Source of the DNA: an uncultured Methanobrevibacter sp.
Lineage (GTDB): Archaea > Methanobacteriota > Methanobacteria > Methanobacteriales > Methanobacteriaceae
DNA: 64,000 nt
Assembly: GCA_964596915.1 (NCBI GenBank)
Contig: CAZQWN010000002.1
Span: 1,507 to 65,506, forward strand
Direction of reading: 5' to 3'
Shown here: one piece after another, positions 16,391 through 26,977 of the stretch
Position numbering within the stretch: position 1 is the stretch's first letter
Layout of the letters: every line of letters starts with the position of its first letter
Made by a program: the position numbers and the translations under genes
The notes under the pieces: generated by a model
What the model saw: the letters and a program-made list of their open reading frames with translations, nothing else
What the model was told of the DNA's origin: nothing
Databases searched by the model: none

Positions 16391-19300
16391 ATGTTTAAAA
16401 ATAGTCAAAAAATATCTATTAGCAAACACTTTTTAATTTCACTGCTGTTTATCGTGCTGATTTTCACATCAGTGGGCATCAGCTTGGATGGCGTATGTGC
16501 TACTGAATTCAATCAAACTGCAGACGGAATTAAAAGTGAATTAATTATGGAAGATAAACTAGGAAATTCTCAGGAAAATGTTTTAAATTCAAATTTGGAG
16601 GTTGATAATTCATTGGGTGCTCAAAACAGTGAAATTTTAGGTAAAACAATTACAGTTGAAGGTGGAAAATTTTCAGATATACAAAATGCTATTGACCGGG
16701 CAGATGAAGGGGATACAATAAAACTGAAAGGGACTTATGTTGCTGAAAAGGTTAATGGTTCTATCAGAGTTGCCAAACCGTTAAAATTCACGGCGGATTC
16801 CACGGCAACATTGGACGGAAAGAAGATGACTTTAATTTTCGATGTCGTTAGGGCAGCTAAAGGATCAACATTTAACAACATAAAGTTTGTTAATGCTTAT
16901 AATACTGGAAATGGGGGTGGAATCTATGTTAAAACTCAAGATGTCAAAGTGACAAACTGTATTTTCCAGGATTGTCATGCTTGGCAGGGTTCCGGAATTT
17001 GTACGCCATATAATAATTATTCGGCAGTAAATCTGTGGGTTGAAAACTGTCAGTTCATAAACAATATTGCGCAAAGAACTGCAGGTGGAATTTCGGCCTA
17101 TGGTAACAATACAACATTTATCAATTGTCTGTTTGATTCAAACGGAGTATATGCTTCTGATGATCTTGAATTTCCTTACGGTGGAGCAGTTCAAATAGGA
17201 TTGGATGACTCCTCTCCAAAATTTTACGTTTATGATTGTAAATTTTACAATAATTTTGTCGAAGCAAAAAATGAACTTTCTCATGGTGGTGCAGGATGTG
17301 TTAGAGACGGAATTACCTATGAAAGGTGTCTTTTTGTAAATAATTCAGCAGGACAGGGCGGAGCCTTAACCTATCATGCATCAGGTATGATTAAAGACTG
17401 CACTTTCATAAATAACAGCGCCACTTATTATGGTGGAGGATTATCTACCGGATTAATGGAAATGGCTATGAATTTAAATATTCAAAACTGTTTATTTGAA
17501 GGAAATACTGCTCCAATTGGAGGTGCAGTGCAATTATTCGGTAAAAATATCGACATTGAAAACAGTAACTTTAACAACAACAAAGCTTCACAGACTGGTG
17601 GGGCCATAAATATTGAAGCGGAATATGTGGATATTTCAGATTCCTCATTCGACCACAATATCGCAAACATTGACGGTGGTGCGGTATATATCAACGGAAA
17701 AAGAACAACAATTGAAGATTCATCATTCACTAACAATCATGCAATACCTGATGTTAATAAATTAAATGATGGATTGGGTGGAGCTATCTATATCAACAGT
17801 ACTTTAGCAGATATCGCCAATAATGAATTTTACTTCAACACTGCTAGAAACGGTAGTGCAGTTTATTATGATAAATATGGAACTTACCTGAAGTTAAACG
17901 ACAATATTTTCTATCAAAATCAGGCATGGGTTTATGCATTGCCAATCTATGCGCAAGATATCTACTATGGTCAAACTGAAGATTTCGGTGCCGTAATTCA
18001 TGGAGGAAATAACATAGCTAAATATAATGACGTTGCTGTTTCAAACGCAATATATAATGCGGCAGATAGTCGTTACTTGACATTGGATGGTGAATCACCA
18101 GTTTCAGGAGCAACCACCAGTGGACATCTGTATCAGGATGATCGTGAGTACAATATGGATATTCTGCTGACAGTAACACATGAAGATGGAAGTGTAGTAT
18201 ACAATAAAACATTAAAATCAGACAGTTTCGGTGAAGTTTCAGACAGTCTGAAGAATTTAAAAGCCGGAAAATATTATGTTACTGCAAAACATTATGAAGA
18301 TACCTATTACAAGGCAATAACAAACACAACAACATTTTCAGTAATTCCGCTAGTTGACGTTAAAATCAAAAAAACAGCAACTCCTGAAGTAGCAGATTTC
18401 AAAGACACTGTTGTCTGGACATTAAATGTCACTAACGACGGTCCAAACGTTGCAACTGACGTAATTATAAGGGATGCTCTGCCTCAGGGATTGATTTATC
18501 TTGAAGACGATACAAAAGGCGCTTACAATTCATCAACAGGAGTCTTAAAGATTGCTTCCCTCAATGTCGGTGAAGTTTACATTGCAAACATTAAAACTTC
18601 AGTAAATAAAACCGGCGAAATAACTAATGTTGCTGATGTAAGCTCAAAGGAACAAGATTATAATTTAGACAACAATCAGGGTCAGTCAAAAATCAATGTA
18701 AAACCTGCCGCTGATTTGGAAGTAATAAAAACAGCTAATGCATCCTCTTTAAATATCGGAGATTTAGTAAAATGGACAATAGATGTAGTTAACCATGGTC
18801 CTAATAGTGCTACAGGCGTTTCTGTCAGTGATGTGCTTCCAAAGTCTCTGATTTGGGTTAGTGATGATGGTGCAGGTAAATATGATCACAATTCAGGTGG
18901 CTGGAATATTGGAAATTTAGACGTTAACGGACATGTAAAACTGAACATTGTATGTAGGGTTAATGCAACCGGAACAATTAAAAACGAAGTTTCAGTTTCA
19001 GGAAACGAATATGATCATGACAAATCAAATAATCATGATGATGCAGTAACTAACGGAAATCTTGCTGCTGATTTGAGCATTGTCAAGGAGGCAAGTTCCG
19101 CTGTGCTAAATTATCATGATGTTGTAAAATGGACTTTAACAGTATCTAATAACGGTCCGAATACTGCAACAGGCGTTAAAATTTCAGACGTATTGCCTAA
19201 AGGTTTTACTTACATTAATTCGTCCAGACCTTATAGCAATGGTGTTGTGAATATAGGTAATTTGGCAGTTGGTGCGAAAGCGGTTGTTGAAATTTACTCA

Positions 19301-22300
19301 AGAGCTGACAACACAGGTAGCTTTGTTAATGTTGCCAGTGTTGAAGGAAGTGAGTTTGACCCTGTAGTGTCCAATAACAGGGATGATGCTTCTGTTAATG
19401 TTAATCCTGCAATTGATTTGAAAGTAACAAAAGACATCAGCAACACTTCACCTAATTTGGGTGATAAAGTTACATGGACATTGACTGTATCCAATAATGG
19501 TCCTGACAGGGCTACTGGTGTTGTTGTCAGTGAAGCGCTTCCTAAGTCTTTGATTTGGGTTAGTGATGACGGTTCTGGTAAATATGATCATAATACTGGT
19601 AAATGGGATGTTGGAACATTAAATGTAAATGGTCAGGCAAAATTAAACATTGTCTGCAGAGTTAATACAACTGGTGTTATTGTAAACACTGCTTCAGTTA
19701 CAGGAAATGAATTTGACTGGAATTCATCAAGTAATAATGATCAAAAACAGATTAATGTTGCAAAATCTAGTGATTTAAGTATTGTTAAAGAGGTTGCTTC
19801 AGGTGTCGTTAATTATTTGGATGTTGTTAAATGGACACTGACAGTCACAAACAAAGGTCCTGATGCAGCCACTGGCGTTTGGATTTATGATACATTACCT
19901 AAAGGTTTCATTTATTTAAACTCCACAAAACCTTATGTTAATGGACGCATTAACATTGGTAATTTGGCGGTTGGCGCAAAAGCAAGTGTGGACATTTATT
20001 CCAAAGCTAACATTACAGGAACTTTCGTCAATATTGCTAGTGTAGATGGCAACGAATACGACCATAACCCTTCAAACAATAAGAATAATGTTTCCGTAGT
20101 GGTAAAACCTGCATCTGATTTGAAAGTAACAAAAGACATCAATACTTCTGCACCGAATTATCAAGGGCTAGTTAAATGGACATTGACTGTATCCAATAAT
20201 GGTCCTGACAGGGCTACTGGTGTTGTTGTCAGTGAAGCGCTTCCTAAGTCTTTGATTTGGGTTAGTGATGACGGTTCTGGTAAATATGATCATAATACTG
20301 GTAAATGGGATGTTGGAACATTAAATGTAAATGGTCAGGCAAAATTAAACATTGTCTGCAGAGTTAATACAACTGGTGTTATTGTAAACACTGCTTCAGT
20401 TACAGGAAATGAATTTGACTGGAATTCATCAAGTAATAATGATCAAAAACAGATTAATGTTGCAAAATCTAGTGATTTAAGTATTGTTAAAGAGGTTGCT
20501 TCAGGTGTCGTTAATTATTTGGATGTTGTTAAATGGACACTGACAGTCACAAACAAAGGTCCTGATGCAGCCACTGGCGTTTGGATTTATGATACATTAC
20601 CTAAAGGTTTCATTTATTTAAACTCCACAAAACCTTATGTTAATGGACGCATTAACATTGGTAATTTGGCGGTTGGCGCAAAAGCAAGTGTGGACATTTA
20701 TTCCAAAGCTAACATTACAGGAACTTTCGTCAATATTGCTAGTGTAGATGGCAACGAATACGACCATAACCCTTCAAACAATAAGAATAATGTTTCCGTA
20801 GTGGTAAAACCTGCATCTGATTTGAAAGTAACAAAAGACATCAATACTTCTGCACCGAATTATCAAGGGCTAGTTAAATGGACATTGACTGTATCCAATA
20901 ATGGTCCTGACAGGGCTACTGGTGTTGTTGTCAGTGAAGCGCTTCCTAAGTCTTTGATTTGGGTTAGTGATGACGGTTCTGGTAAATATGATCATAATAC
21001 TGGTAAATGGGATGTTGGAACATTAAATGTAAATGGTCAGGCAAAATTAAACATTGTCTGCAGAGTTAATACAACTGGTGTTATTGTAAACACTGCTTCA
21101 GTTACAGGAAATGAATTTGACTGGAATTCATCAAGTAATAATGATCAAAAGCAAATTTCTGTGCCAAAAGCCAGTGATTTGAGTATTGTTAAAGATGTAA
21201 GTTCTGGTGCTGTAAATTATTTGGATGTTGTTAAATGGACAATTACTGTTACAAATAAGGGTCCTGATGCGGCCAGTGGTGTTAAAATCCAGGATGTGCT
21301 GCCGAAAGGTTTTGTTTATTTGAATTCTTCAAGGCCTTACGCTAATGGCATTATAAATATTGGCAATTTGGCAGTTGGCGCAAAAGAGGTAGTTGAAATT
21401 TATTCCAAAGCAAATGGCACAGGTAATTTCGTTAATGTTGCCAGTGTTGAAGGAAGTGAGTTTGATCCTGTAGTGTCCAATAACAGGGATGATGCTTCCG
21501 TTAATGTTAATCCTGCAGCAGATCTCTCAGTAACTAAGGTAGTCAACAACTCAGCACCGAACTATCATGACAATGTAAAATGGACATTGACTGTATATAA
21601 TAGAGGTCCTGACAGTGCAACAGGCGTTGTTGTAACTGAAATGCTTCCGAAATCCCTGATTTGGGTTAGTGATGACGGTGCGGGCAAATATGATCACAAT
21701 TCCGGCGTATGGAATGTTGGAAATATTCAAAAAGGCCAAACTAAAACCTTAAACATAATTACAAAAGTCAATGGAACAGAATTGATTGAAAACAATGTTT
21801 CAGTTCACGGAAATGAATTTGATTATAATCAGAGCAACATAAATAATACTCAAGTTATTACTGTTGCAAACGCTTCTGATCTGGCGGTAATTAAATTAAC
21901 TAACGCTTCAGAAGTAAATTATTTGCAATTGGTTAAATGGACAATAATTGCATCTAATAATGGTCCAAATAAGGCAACAGAAGTAATTGTTGAGGAAATT
22001 CTGCCAACAGGATTAAAAGTAATTAATTACACTGCATCCAAAGGATTTTATGACAACGGAATCTGGTCGGTTTGCTGTATTGAAAGTGGTGAAAGCCAGA
22101 CTCTTGAACTTATTTGTCAAGTTTTACAGACCGGCGATTTAACCAACATTGTTAAAATCACATGTAAGGAATACGATCCTGATTTATCAAACAATATTGC
22201 AAACGAATCAGTTTTCGTAGCAAAGTCTTCAGATATTAATGTTGTCAAAACAGTTGATAATTCAAATCCTAATTTCGCAGACATAATTGAATGGACAATA

Positions 22301-23476
22301 ACTGTTACAAACAATGGTCCGGACGCCGCTGAGAATATCCAGATTATGGATTTAATGGGTTCTGGATTGAATTTGATCAGTTATGAAGCAAGCAAAGGCA
22401 GTTATGCGGATAACATATGGAATATTGATTATTTGGCAAACGGCTCCAGTGAATCCCTTGTACTTCGCTGTGAGGTAAACACTTTAGAGGATGTGGAAAA
22501 CATTGCTATGTATGTCCCGTCCCAATATGATTGGAACGAATCAAACAGCAAAGATAGTGAAAAAATCACTGTCAATCCTATAGCTGATTTGGATATTATC
22601 AAATTAGTTAACGTATCTGATGCAAATTACCTTGATTTGGTCGAATGGACATTAATAGTCACAAATTATGGTCCAAATGATGCAAGCAATGTCTTTGTCA
22701 GTGATATTGTTCCTGAAGGTTTAGTTATTGTTGACGTATTTGGAGATGGATTTTATTCAGATTCAATTTGGGATATTGGTGATTTGGCCAATGGCGAGTC
22801 AAGACAACTGACAATTGTCTGCAAAATCCAAGCCACTGGTAACTTTATAAATAGTGCAAATGTCTGGGCTAGCGAGACAGATCCGAACTTGAGCAACAAT
22901 GATGATGAGAATTATCTGTATGTGTATCCTGCAAGTGATTTGTCAATCAGAAAAACAGTTTCAAAATACAGGTATTCTGTAGGCGATTTGGTAAAATATT
23001 TCATTAAATTAACTAATAATGGTCCTGATGGGGCAAAAAACATTAAAGTTAGTGAAATAATGGATAAATCATTAAAATTAAAATCATTCCGTGCAAGTAG
23101 CGGTGATTTTGATGAAGTTGATGGTATATGGTCATTGGATTTCCTGGATGCTGGTGAATCAGCAACTCTGGAGATTGAAGCTGTAGCTATGAAAGCAGGT
23201 ATTGTATTAAATAAAGTTTCAGTTACAAGCGATAATTTTGACCAGGATTTATCCAACAACAATGATACTGTTTCAATAGATGTTGCTGAAAAGCAAAAAT
23301 CTCATGATGTAAACTCTAAAAACAATGATAACTATCCTGAAAATAGGCAAAATAATGGATTTTCAGATTCCATTCTATTAAAGAACAGATGTGGTAATCC
23401 TATTATGGTTATTGTATTGTTGTTCGTGTTTACTATGGGTGCATTCTATGGTAACACTATCTTAAAGAAAAGATAA
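16391..23476 (+). CDS. Giant adhesin-like surface protein: signal/TM, right-handed beta-helix (PMP-type) repeats, about 15 DUF11-type (TIGR01451-like) repeats and a C-terminal TM anchor
   Basis: The N-terminal half has repeated GGAI/GGAV..N.F.NN motifs. The rest is repeated units of the form L.V.K......Y.D.V.WT..V.N.GP..A.GV.V.D.LP.GL. GGTGA precedes the ATG. The C-terminal hydrophobic helix is followed by KKR. Confidence 0.85.
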   Translation: MFKNSQKISISKHFLISLLFIVLIFTSVGISLDGVCATEFNQTADGIKSELIMEDKLGNSQENVLNSNLEVDNSLGAQNSEILGKTITVEGGKFSDIQNAIDRADEGDTIKLKGTYVAEKVNGSIRVAKPLKFTADSTATLDGKKMTLIFDVVRAAKGSTFNNIKFVNAYNTGNGGGIYVKTQDVKVTNCIFQDCHAWQGSGICTPYNNYSAVNLWVENCQFINNIAQRTAGGISAYGNNTTFINCLFDSNGVYASDDLEFPYGGAVQIGLDDSSPKFYVYDCKFYNNFVEAKNELSHGGAGCVRDGITYERCLFVNNSAGQGGALTYHASGMIKDCTFINNSATYYGGGLSTGLMEMAMNLNIQNCLFEGNTAPIGGAVQLFGKNIDIENSNFNNNKASQTGGAINIEAEYVDISDSSFDHNIANIDGGAVYINGKRTTIEDSSFTNNHAIPDVNKLNDGLGGAIYINSTLADIANNEFYFNTARNGSAVYYDKYGTYLKLNDNIFYQNQAWVYALPIYAQDIYYGQTEDFGAVIHGGNNIAKYNDVAVSNAIYNAADSRYLTLDGESPVSGATTSGHLYQDDREYNMDILLTVTHEDGSVVYNKTLKSDSFGEVSDSLKNLKAGKYYVTAKHYEDTYYKAITNTTTFSVIPLVDVKIKKTATPEVADFKDTVVWTLNVTNDGPNVATDVIIRDALPQGLIYLEDDTKGAYNSSTGVLKIASLNVGEVYIANIKTSVNKTGEITNVADVSSKEQDYNLDNNQGQSKINVKPAADLEVIKTANASSLNIGDLVKWTIDVVNHGPNSATGVSVSDVLPKSLIWVSDDGAGKYDHNSGGWNIGNLDVNGHVKLNIVCRVNATGTIKNEVSVSGNEYDHDKSNNHDDAVTNGNLAADLSIVKEASSAVLNYHDVVKWTLTVSNNGPNTATGVKISDVLPKGFTYINSSRPYSNGVVNIGNLAVGAKAVVEIYSRADNTGSFVNVASVEGSEFDPVVSNNRDDASVNVNPAIDLKVTKDISNTSPNLGDKVTWTLTVSNNGPDRATGVVVSEALPKSLIWVSDDGSGKYDHNTGKWDVGTLNVNGQAKLNIVCRVNTTGVIVNTASVTGNEFDWNSSSNNDQKQINVAKSSDLSIVKEVASGVVNYLDVVKWTLTVTNKGPDAATGVWIYDTLPKGFIYLNSTKPYVNGRINIGNLAVGAKASVDIYSKANITGTFVNIASVDGNEYDHNPSNNKNNVSVVVKPASDLKVTKDINTSAPNYQGLVKWTLTVSNNGPDRATGVVVSEALPKSLIWVSDDGSGKYDHNTGKWDVGTLNVNGQAKLNIVCRVNTTGVIVNTASVTGNEFDWNSSSNNDQKQINVAKSSDLSIVKEVASGVVNYLDVVKWTLTVTNKGPDAATGVWIYDTLPKGFIYLNSTKPYVNGRINIGNLAVGAKASVDIYSKANITGTFVNIASVDGNEYDHNPSNNKNNVSVVVKPASDLKVTKDINTSAPNYQGLVKWTLTVSNNGPDRATGVVVSEALPKSLIWVSDDGSGKYDHNTGKWDVGTLNVNGQAKLNIVCRVNTTGVIVNTASVTGNEFDWNSSSNNDQKQISVPKASDLSIVKDVSSGAVNYLDVVKWTITVTNKGPDAASGVKIQDVLPKGFVYLNSSRPYANGIINIGNLAVGAKEVVEIYSKANGTGNFVNVASVEGSEFDPVVSNNRDDASVNVNPAADLSVTKVVNNSAPNYHDNVKWTLTVYNRGPDSATGVVVTEMLPKSLIWVSDDGAGKYDHNSGVWNVGNIQKGQTKTLNIITKVNGTELIENNVSVHGNEFDYNQSNINNTQVITVANASDLAVIKLTNASEVNYLQLVKWTIIASNNGPNKATEVIVEEILPTGLKVINYTASKGFYDNGIWSVCCIESGESQTLELICQVLQTGDLTNIVKITCKEYDPDLSNNIANESVFVAKSSDINVVKTVDNSNPNFADIIEWTITVTNNGPDAAENIQIMDLMGSGLNLISYEASKGSYADNIWNIDYLANGSSESLVLRCEVNTLEDVENIAMYVPSQYDWNESNSKDSEKITVNPIADLDIIKLVNVSDANYLDLVEWTLIVTNYGPNDASNVFVSDIVPEGLVIVDVFGDGFYSDSIWDIGDLANGESRQLTIVCKIQATGNFINSANVWASETDPNLSNNDDENYLYVYPASDLSIRKTVSKYRYSVGDLVKYFIKLTNNGPDGAKNIKVSEIMDKSLKLKSFRASSGDFDEVDGIWSLDFLDAGESATLEIEAVAMKAGIVLNKVSVTSDNFDQDLSNNNDTVSIDVAEKQKSHDVNSKNNDNYPENRQNNGFSDSILLKNRCGNPIMVIVLLFVFTMGAFYGNTILKKR
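19476..21148 (+). repeat. Perfect 702-bp tandem repeat, about 2.4 copies, inside the giant adhesin gene
   Basis: Units 19476-20177 and 20178-20879 read identically line by line. A third partial unit runs from 20880 to about 21148 and then diverges. Each unit encodes two DUF11-type domains (234 aa). Confidence 0.9.
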
Positions 23477-23481
23477 TTTTA

Positions 23482-23514
23482 AGTAGCTTTCATGCTACTA
23501 TTTTTTATTTTTTT
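23482..23514 (+). terminator. Hairpin plus oligo-T terminator after the giant adhesin gene
   Basis: AGTAGC-tttcat-GCTACT is followed by A-T6-A-T7, a few nt after the stop codon. Confidence 0.5.
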
Positions 23515-23742
23515 AAAACGATTTTTCAAAATTCAGTTACTGTCAAAATTATTAATTTCATGATTAATTATTTTAATAGTGATAGTTAAAACTGGTTGAA
23601 TACTGCTTCTTTTCTCTAATTAAATCAATACCTTTAAATAAAAGTTCCGACAAAATTATAGTTAGATATTGATGAAATTATATTTTTTTAGAAAAATTAA
23701 TGTATGAGTCAATATTTTTAATTAATTAAACGAGGTGTAATT

Positions 23743-24183
23743 ATGGCTGAAGAAGAAATGATTGAAGAAACTTCTGAAGAATTTGTTGATGAAGAAGAAG
23801 AAAAATTACCTTTCGCAAAAGCTGAAGTTGTACGTTTAATGAAAGAAAATCTTGATGACGACAAAATGATCAGGGAAAGAGTAAAAGTAGAAATGAACAA
23901 ATTTTTAGGCGAAGTATTGAAAAACGTATGTAAACAATTAAATGATTATCCATACACTACTATTGAATACGAAATGCTTAAAGAATCTACTTATCCATAC
24001 ACTAATATTGAAAGAATTAATCAAGAAAAAGAAAGAATTTTATTACATTTAAATGCTATTAAAGCAGATTGTGATGCATTAGCAATGGATGTTCAAAAAA
24101 CTTTAAAATTAAAAGATGTTGTTGAAGAAGACTCTTTTGCTAGTTTTTCAGCAAGTCTTGATGAAGAAGAGGAAGAAGAATAA
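23743..24183 (+). CDS. Acidic hypothetical protein with Glu-rich termini and a possible histone-fold-like core
   Basis: GAGGTG RBS. Poly-E N- and C-termini. The central segment [33 protein letters not shown] is helical. The family is not firmly recognised. Confidence 0.45.
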   Translation: MAEEEMIEETSEEFVDEEEEKLPFAKAEVVRLMKENLDDDKMIRERVKVEMNKFLGEVLKNVCKQLNDYPYTTIEYEMLKESTYPYTNIERINQEKERILLHLNAIKADCDALAMDVQKTLKLKDVVEEDSFASFSASLDEEEEEE

Positions 24184-24192
24184 TCTTCTTTC

Positions 24193-24774
24193 TTAATTTT
24201 CTTCAATATGACTAAAACCTGTTCTTAAATCTTTAAGTTCCTCTTCAGGAATTTCAAGAATCTCTGCACTGTCACTAACTATATTGCTTTGACCGAAAGG
24301 ATCAAGAATAATCAATGTTGCAGTTCCATTGCCTTCCTTAAGGTCCTGAATTTGATTTAATGTATTTTTTGCGTTTTTTTGTGATTCATCATCATCAAAA
24401 ATGGTTAATGCCTTTTTAACTGCATCTTCAAATCTGTTGAGCATGCCTTCAACATTTGTAACGTAACCTTCTGATTTTGGTCCCGGCTCTACTTTTATTC
24501 CAACTTCTGGAATTGAAACTGTAGCGGACTGTGACCTGACGACCCTTACAGTTAATGTGTTTTTATTGATTTTCAATACATATTTTGCTGGATCGTTTTG
24601 TTCCAGTGCGATGATGTCGCTGTGCCTGAAGCCGCATTCGGGGCATTGTATGGTTGTTTCCATAACCTTTCCAAAGTGAGGTATGTCCAATTCTCTCATT
24701 ATTGATTTGGCTTTTCCTTCTACAAAACAGGCGGGGCATTTAATAATCATTCCATTTAATTCTTCTTCATTCAT
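24193..24774 (-). CDS. ZPR1-type zinc-finger protein
   Basis: CPAC..(x)..CPECGF spans IPHFGKVMETT, and the downstream beta-rich domain is typical of archaeal ZPR1. The start overlaps the upstream gene's stop by 8 nt (ATGAATGA). Confidence 0.75.
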   Translation of the reverse strand: MNEEELNGMIIKCPACFVEGKAKSIMRELDIPHFGKVMETTIQCPECGFRHSDIIALEQNDPAKYVLKINKNTLTVRVVRSQSATVSIPEVGIKVEPGPKSEGYVTNVEGMLNRFEDAVKKALTIFDDDESQKNAKNTLNQIQDLKEGNGTATLIILDPFGQSNIVSDSAEILEIPEEELKDLRTGFSHIEEN

Positions 24775-25711
24775 TTAAAACATATCCTTTTTCAGTTAAT
24801 TCTTCAATAATATTATTTAATTTTTCACTGCTGGCAGCACAGATGGTTGTCTTTCTGTAATCGGACAATTTATACAGTTCATCTAGATATTCCTTTTTGC
24901 TTTCATCCTCATTAATTTTTTCAATGAATCCTTCAGCGGAATCTGCATCTGAAACACTGATGTTTCTAATTAAGGGTTCCTTGAATCCTTTGATATTGTA
25001 AACAACTTTTTCCATGCTTCCGTTATGTTTTTTAATTATTATGTCTATGACATCGGCCAGTTCATCCACACTGTTTGTCAGATTGATTGTTGCACATGAC
25101 TTGTTGATGACGGACAATATTCTGTCAAGCGTTTTGTCAATGGATTCGGCTTTTATAATACTGACATCATTGATTCTGGCCTGATTTAAAAGATGATCAT
25201 GAATAATTCTGTTTTCTCTAAAAAAATCAAGCTGTTTTCCGCCTCTATGTATCTGAACTGCCCTTTTTACAAACCTGTCCTTGTGGGATTCTTCATCTGA
25301 ACTCAATACGAAAAAGTAAATGTTGGCATATTCCTTGAACTGTTCGATGTTTATGAGTCCCGGAACAAGATGGACACCTTCTATGATGATATCGTCATAA
25401 TCTGTGATTGCCCTTTGGATTATTTTTTCAAGGCCGGGTATGACTGATGCTGCATGCTCATCAAAACCTGCTGATACTAGCTCGTCATAACTTTCATAGC
25501 GATTCTTGTTTCTCAGGTGTTTGTATGCATCGTATGATGAGCTGTGAAGTGCCGGAGCATATTCCTTTCCAATTATTCCACGAACAACTGCTCTTATAAA
25601 GTCACTTTCAATTAAATGTTTTATATTTAATGATTTAGCAAGTTCCGCAGCAATTGTTGATTTTCCAATACCGGATGCGCTTCCAATTAGTATAACATAA
25701 GGTTTTCTCAT
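24767..25711 (-). CDS. 2-phosphoglycerate kinase family P-loop protein
   Basis: VILIGSASGIGKSTIAAELAKSLNIKHLIESDFIRAVVRG matches the 2-PGK family pattern known from methanogens. Confidence 0.7.
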   Translation of the reverse strand: MRKPYVILIGSASGIGKSTIAAELAKSLNIKHLIESDFIRAVVRGIIGKEYAPALHSSSYDAYKHLRNKNRYESYDELVSAGFDEHAASVIPGLEKIIQRAITDYDDIIIEGVHLVPGLINIEQFKEYANIYFFVLSSDEESHKDRFVKRAVQIHRGGKQLDFFRENRIIHDHLLNQARINDVSIIKAESIDKTLDRILSVINKSCATINLTNSVDELADVIDIIIKKHNGSMEKVVYNIKGFKEPLIRNISVSDADSAEGFIEKINEDESKKEYLDELYKLSDYRKTTICAASSEKLNNIIEELTEKGYVLNE

Positions 25712-25910
25712 GTTAGTTTCTCCTTGATAAAAATTTATATATATAATTTTATTTTGTCACTATATTTATAAATAATTTCCATTAAAACATCATACTTTAT
25801 TAATGTGAAAAATTATAATTAATATTAATATATTATTTTTTGAAATATTTCTTTTGAAAAATTATGATAATTTACATGATTAGTTATAAGTTATAAATTA
25901 TAGGATAGGG

Positions 25911-26972
25911 GTGAAATTTTTGTATTCAGTAAATTCAGTTAAAGAAATTCAGGATTTAAATCCATTCATCGTAGTCGGATGTGGTGGTGGAGGTGAAAAG
26001 TTCTCCAATCTTGATGGTGTTGAAGCCGTAGGTTTCATTGATGATGATGAAAGAAAACAAGGAAAACAATTTTGCGGACATGTTGTTGCAGGTAGCCTAG
26101 AGGAATGTTTGGAAAGTGCACCTGAAGCAAAATCACTTGTTGTAATGTTGCCTATTGGTGCTGAAGGCGCTGCATTAAAATATGCTGTTCAAGCTATTGA
26201 TGCGGGATTAAATGTCATCACTTCTTTTAGATCTTTGTCAGTTGAGGAAAACATATCCTTAAAGAAATTTGCTGATTCAAAAACTGTGGTTATTAAAGAG
26301 ATTGGTCCAAGATTAGACGTTGTGGAAAAAATTGCTGGAATAGCTCCTGAAAAATCATGTGAAGTTTTACCAAAGATATCTTACGCTCCTAACGCTCCAG
26401 TAATTTTTGTTGGGGGAACATCTCAGGAATGTGGTAAAAGAACTACAACTAAAATGCTTGGTTTGGCTGCAAGTGAAAGAGGTTTAACTCCTGCTATTAT
26501 TTCCACTGATGAAATGGGATTGGAAGAACCTACTGATTTTAATTTTAGGGCTGGAAGTTTATCTGCAATGGATGTTCCGGCGGCTGTTTTGTCAGCAATC
26601 AGATATGTTGAAGAAACTAAAAAACCGGATATTATTTTTATTGAAGGCCAATCCAGCTTGACTGAAAAAGGCAATCCTCATCCAAGAGGTTTGTCTGCTG
26701 CGATTTTGATTGGTGCTTCTCCAGATGCAGTAATTGTCGGACACAGACCAAACCATCCGTATAGGGAACCTCGCGGTATTGCTGAAGAAATCAGGGCAAT
26801 CGAGGCTGTTGAACCTACAAAAGTGGTTGGGCTTTCAGTAAATCTTAAGAATGCTGAATTGGATATGTGTCCTGAATATTTTGAATCAACATATAACTTG
26901 CCTGCAGAAGATGTTTACAATAATGGGGCTTCTAAATTATTAGATGCAATCCTTGAATATTTGGGAGAGTAG
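25911..26972 (+). CDS. DUF1611 family protein (Rossmann-like N-domain plus P-loop-like C-domain)
   Basis: [17 protein letters not shown] resembles the DUF1611 GTD.avGK.tT loop, and FIEGQSSL lies downstream. Confidence 0.6.
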   Translation: MKFLYSVNSVKEIQDLNPFIVVGCGGGGEKFSNLDGVEAVGFIDDDERKQGKQFCGHVVAGSLEECLESAPEAKSLVVMLPIGAEGAALKYAVQAIDAGLNVITSFRSLSVEENISLKKFADSKTVVIKEIGPRLDVVEKIAGIAPEKSCEVLPKISYAPNAPVIFVGGTSQECGKRTTTKMLGLAASERGLTPAIISTDEMGLEEPTDFNFRAGSLSAMDVPAAVLSAIRYVEETKKPDIIFIEGQSSLTEKGNPHPRGLSAAILIGASPDAVIVGHRPNHPYREPRGIAEEIRAIEAVEPTKVVGLSVNLKNAELDMCPEYFESTYNLPAEDVYNNGASKLLDAILEYLGE

Positions 26973-26977
26973 TTTAA

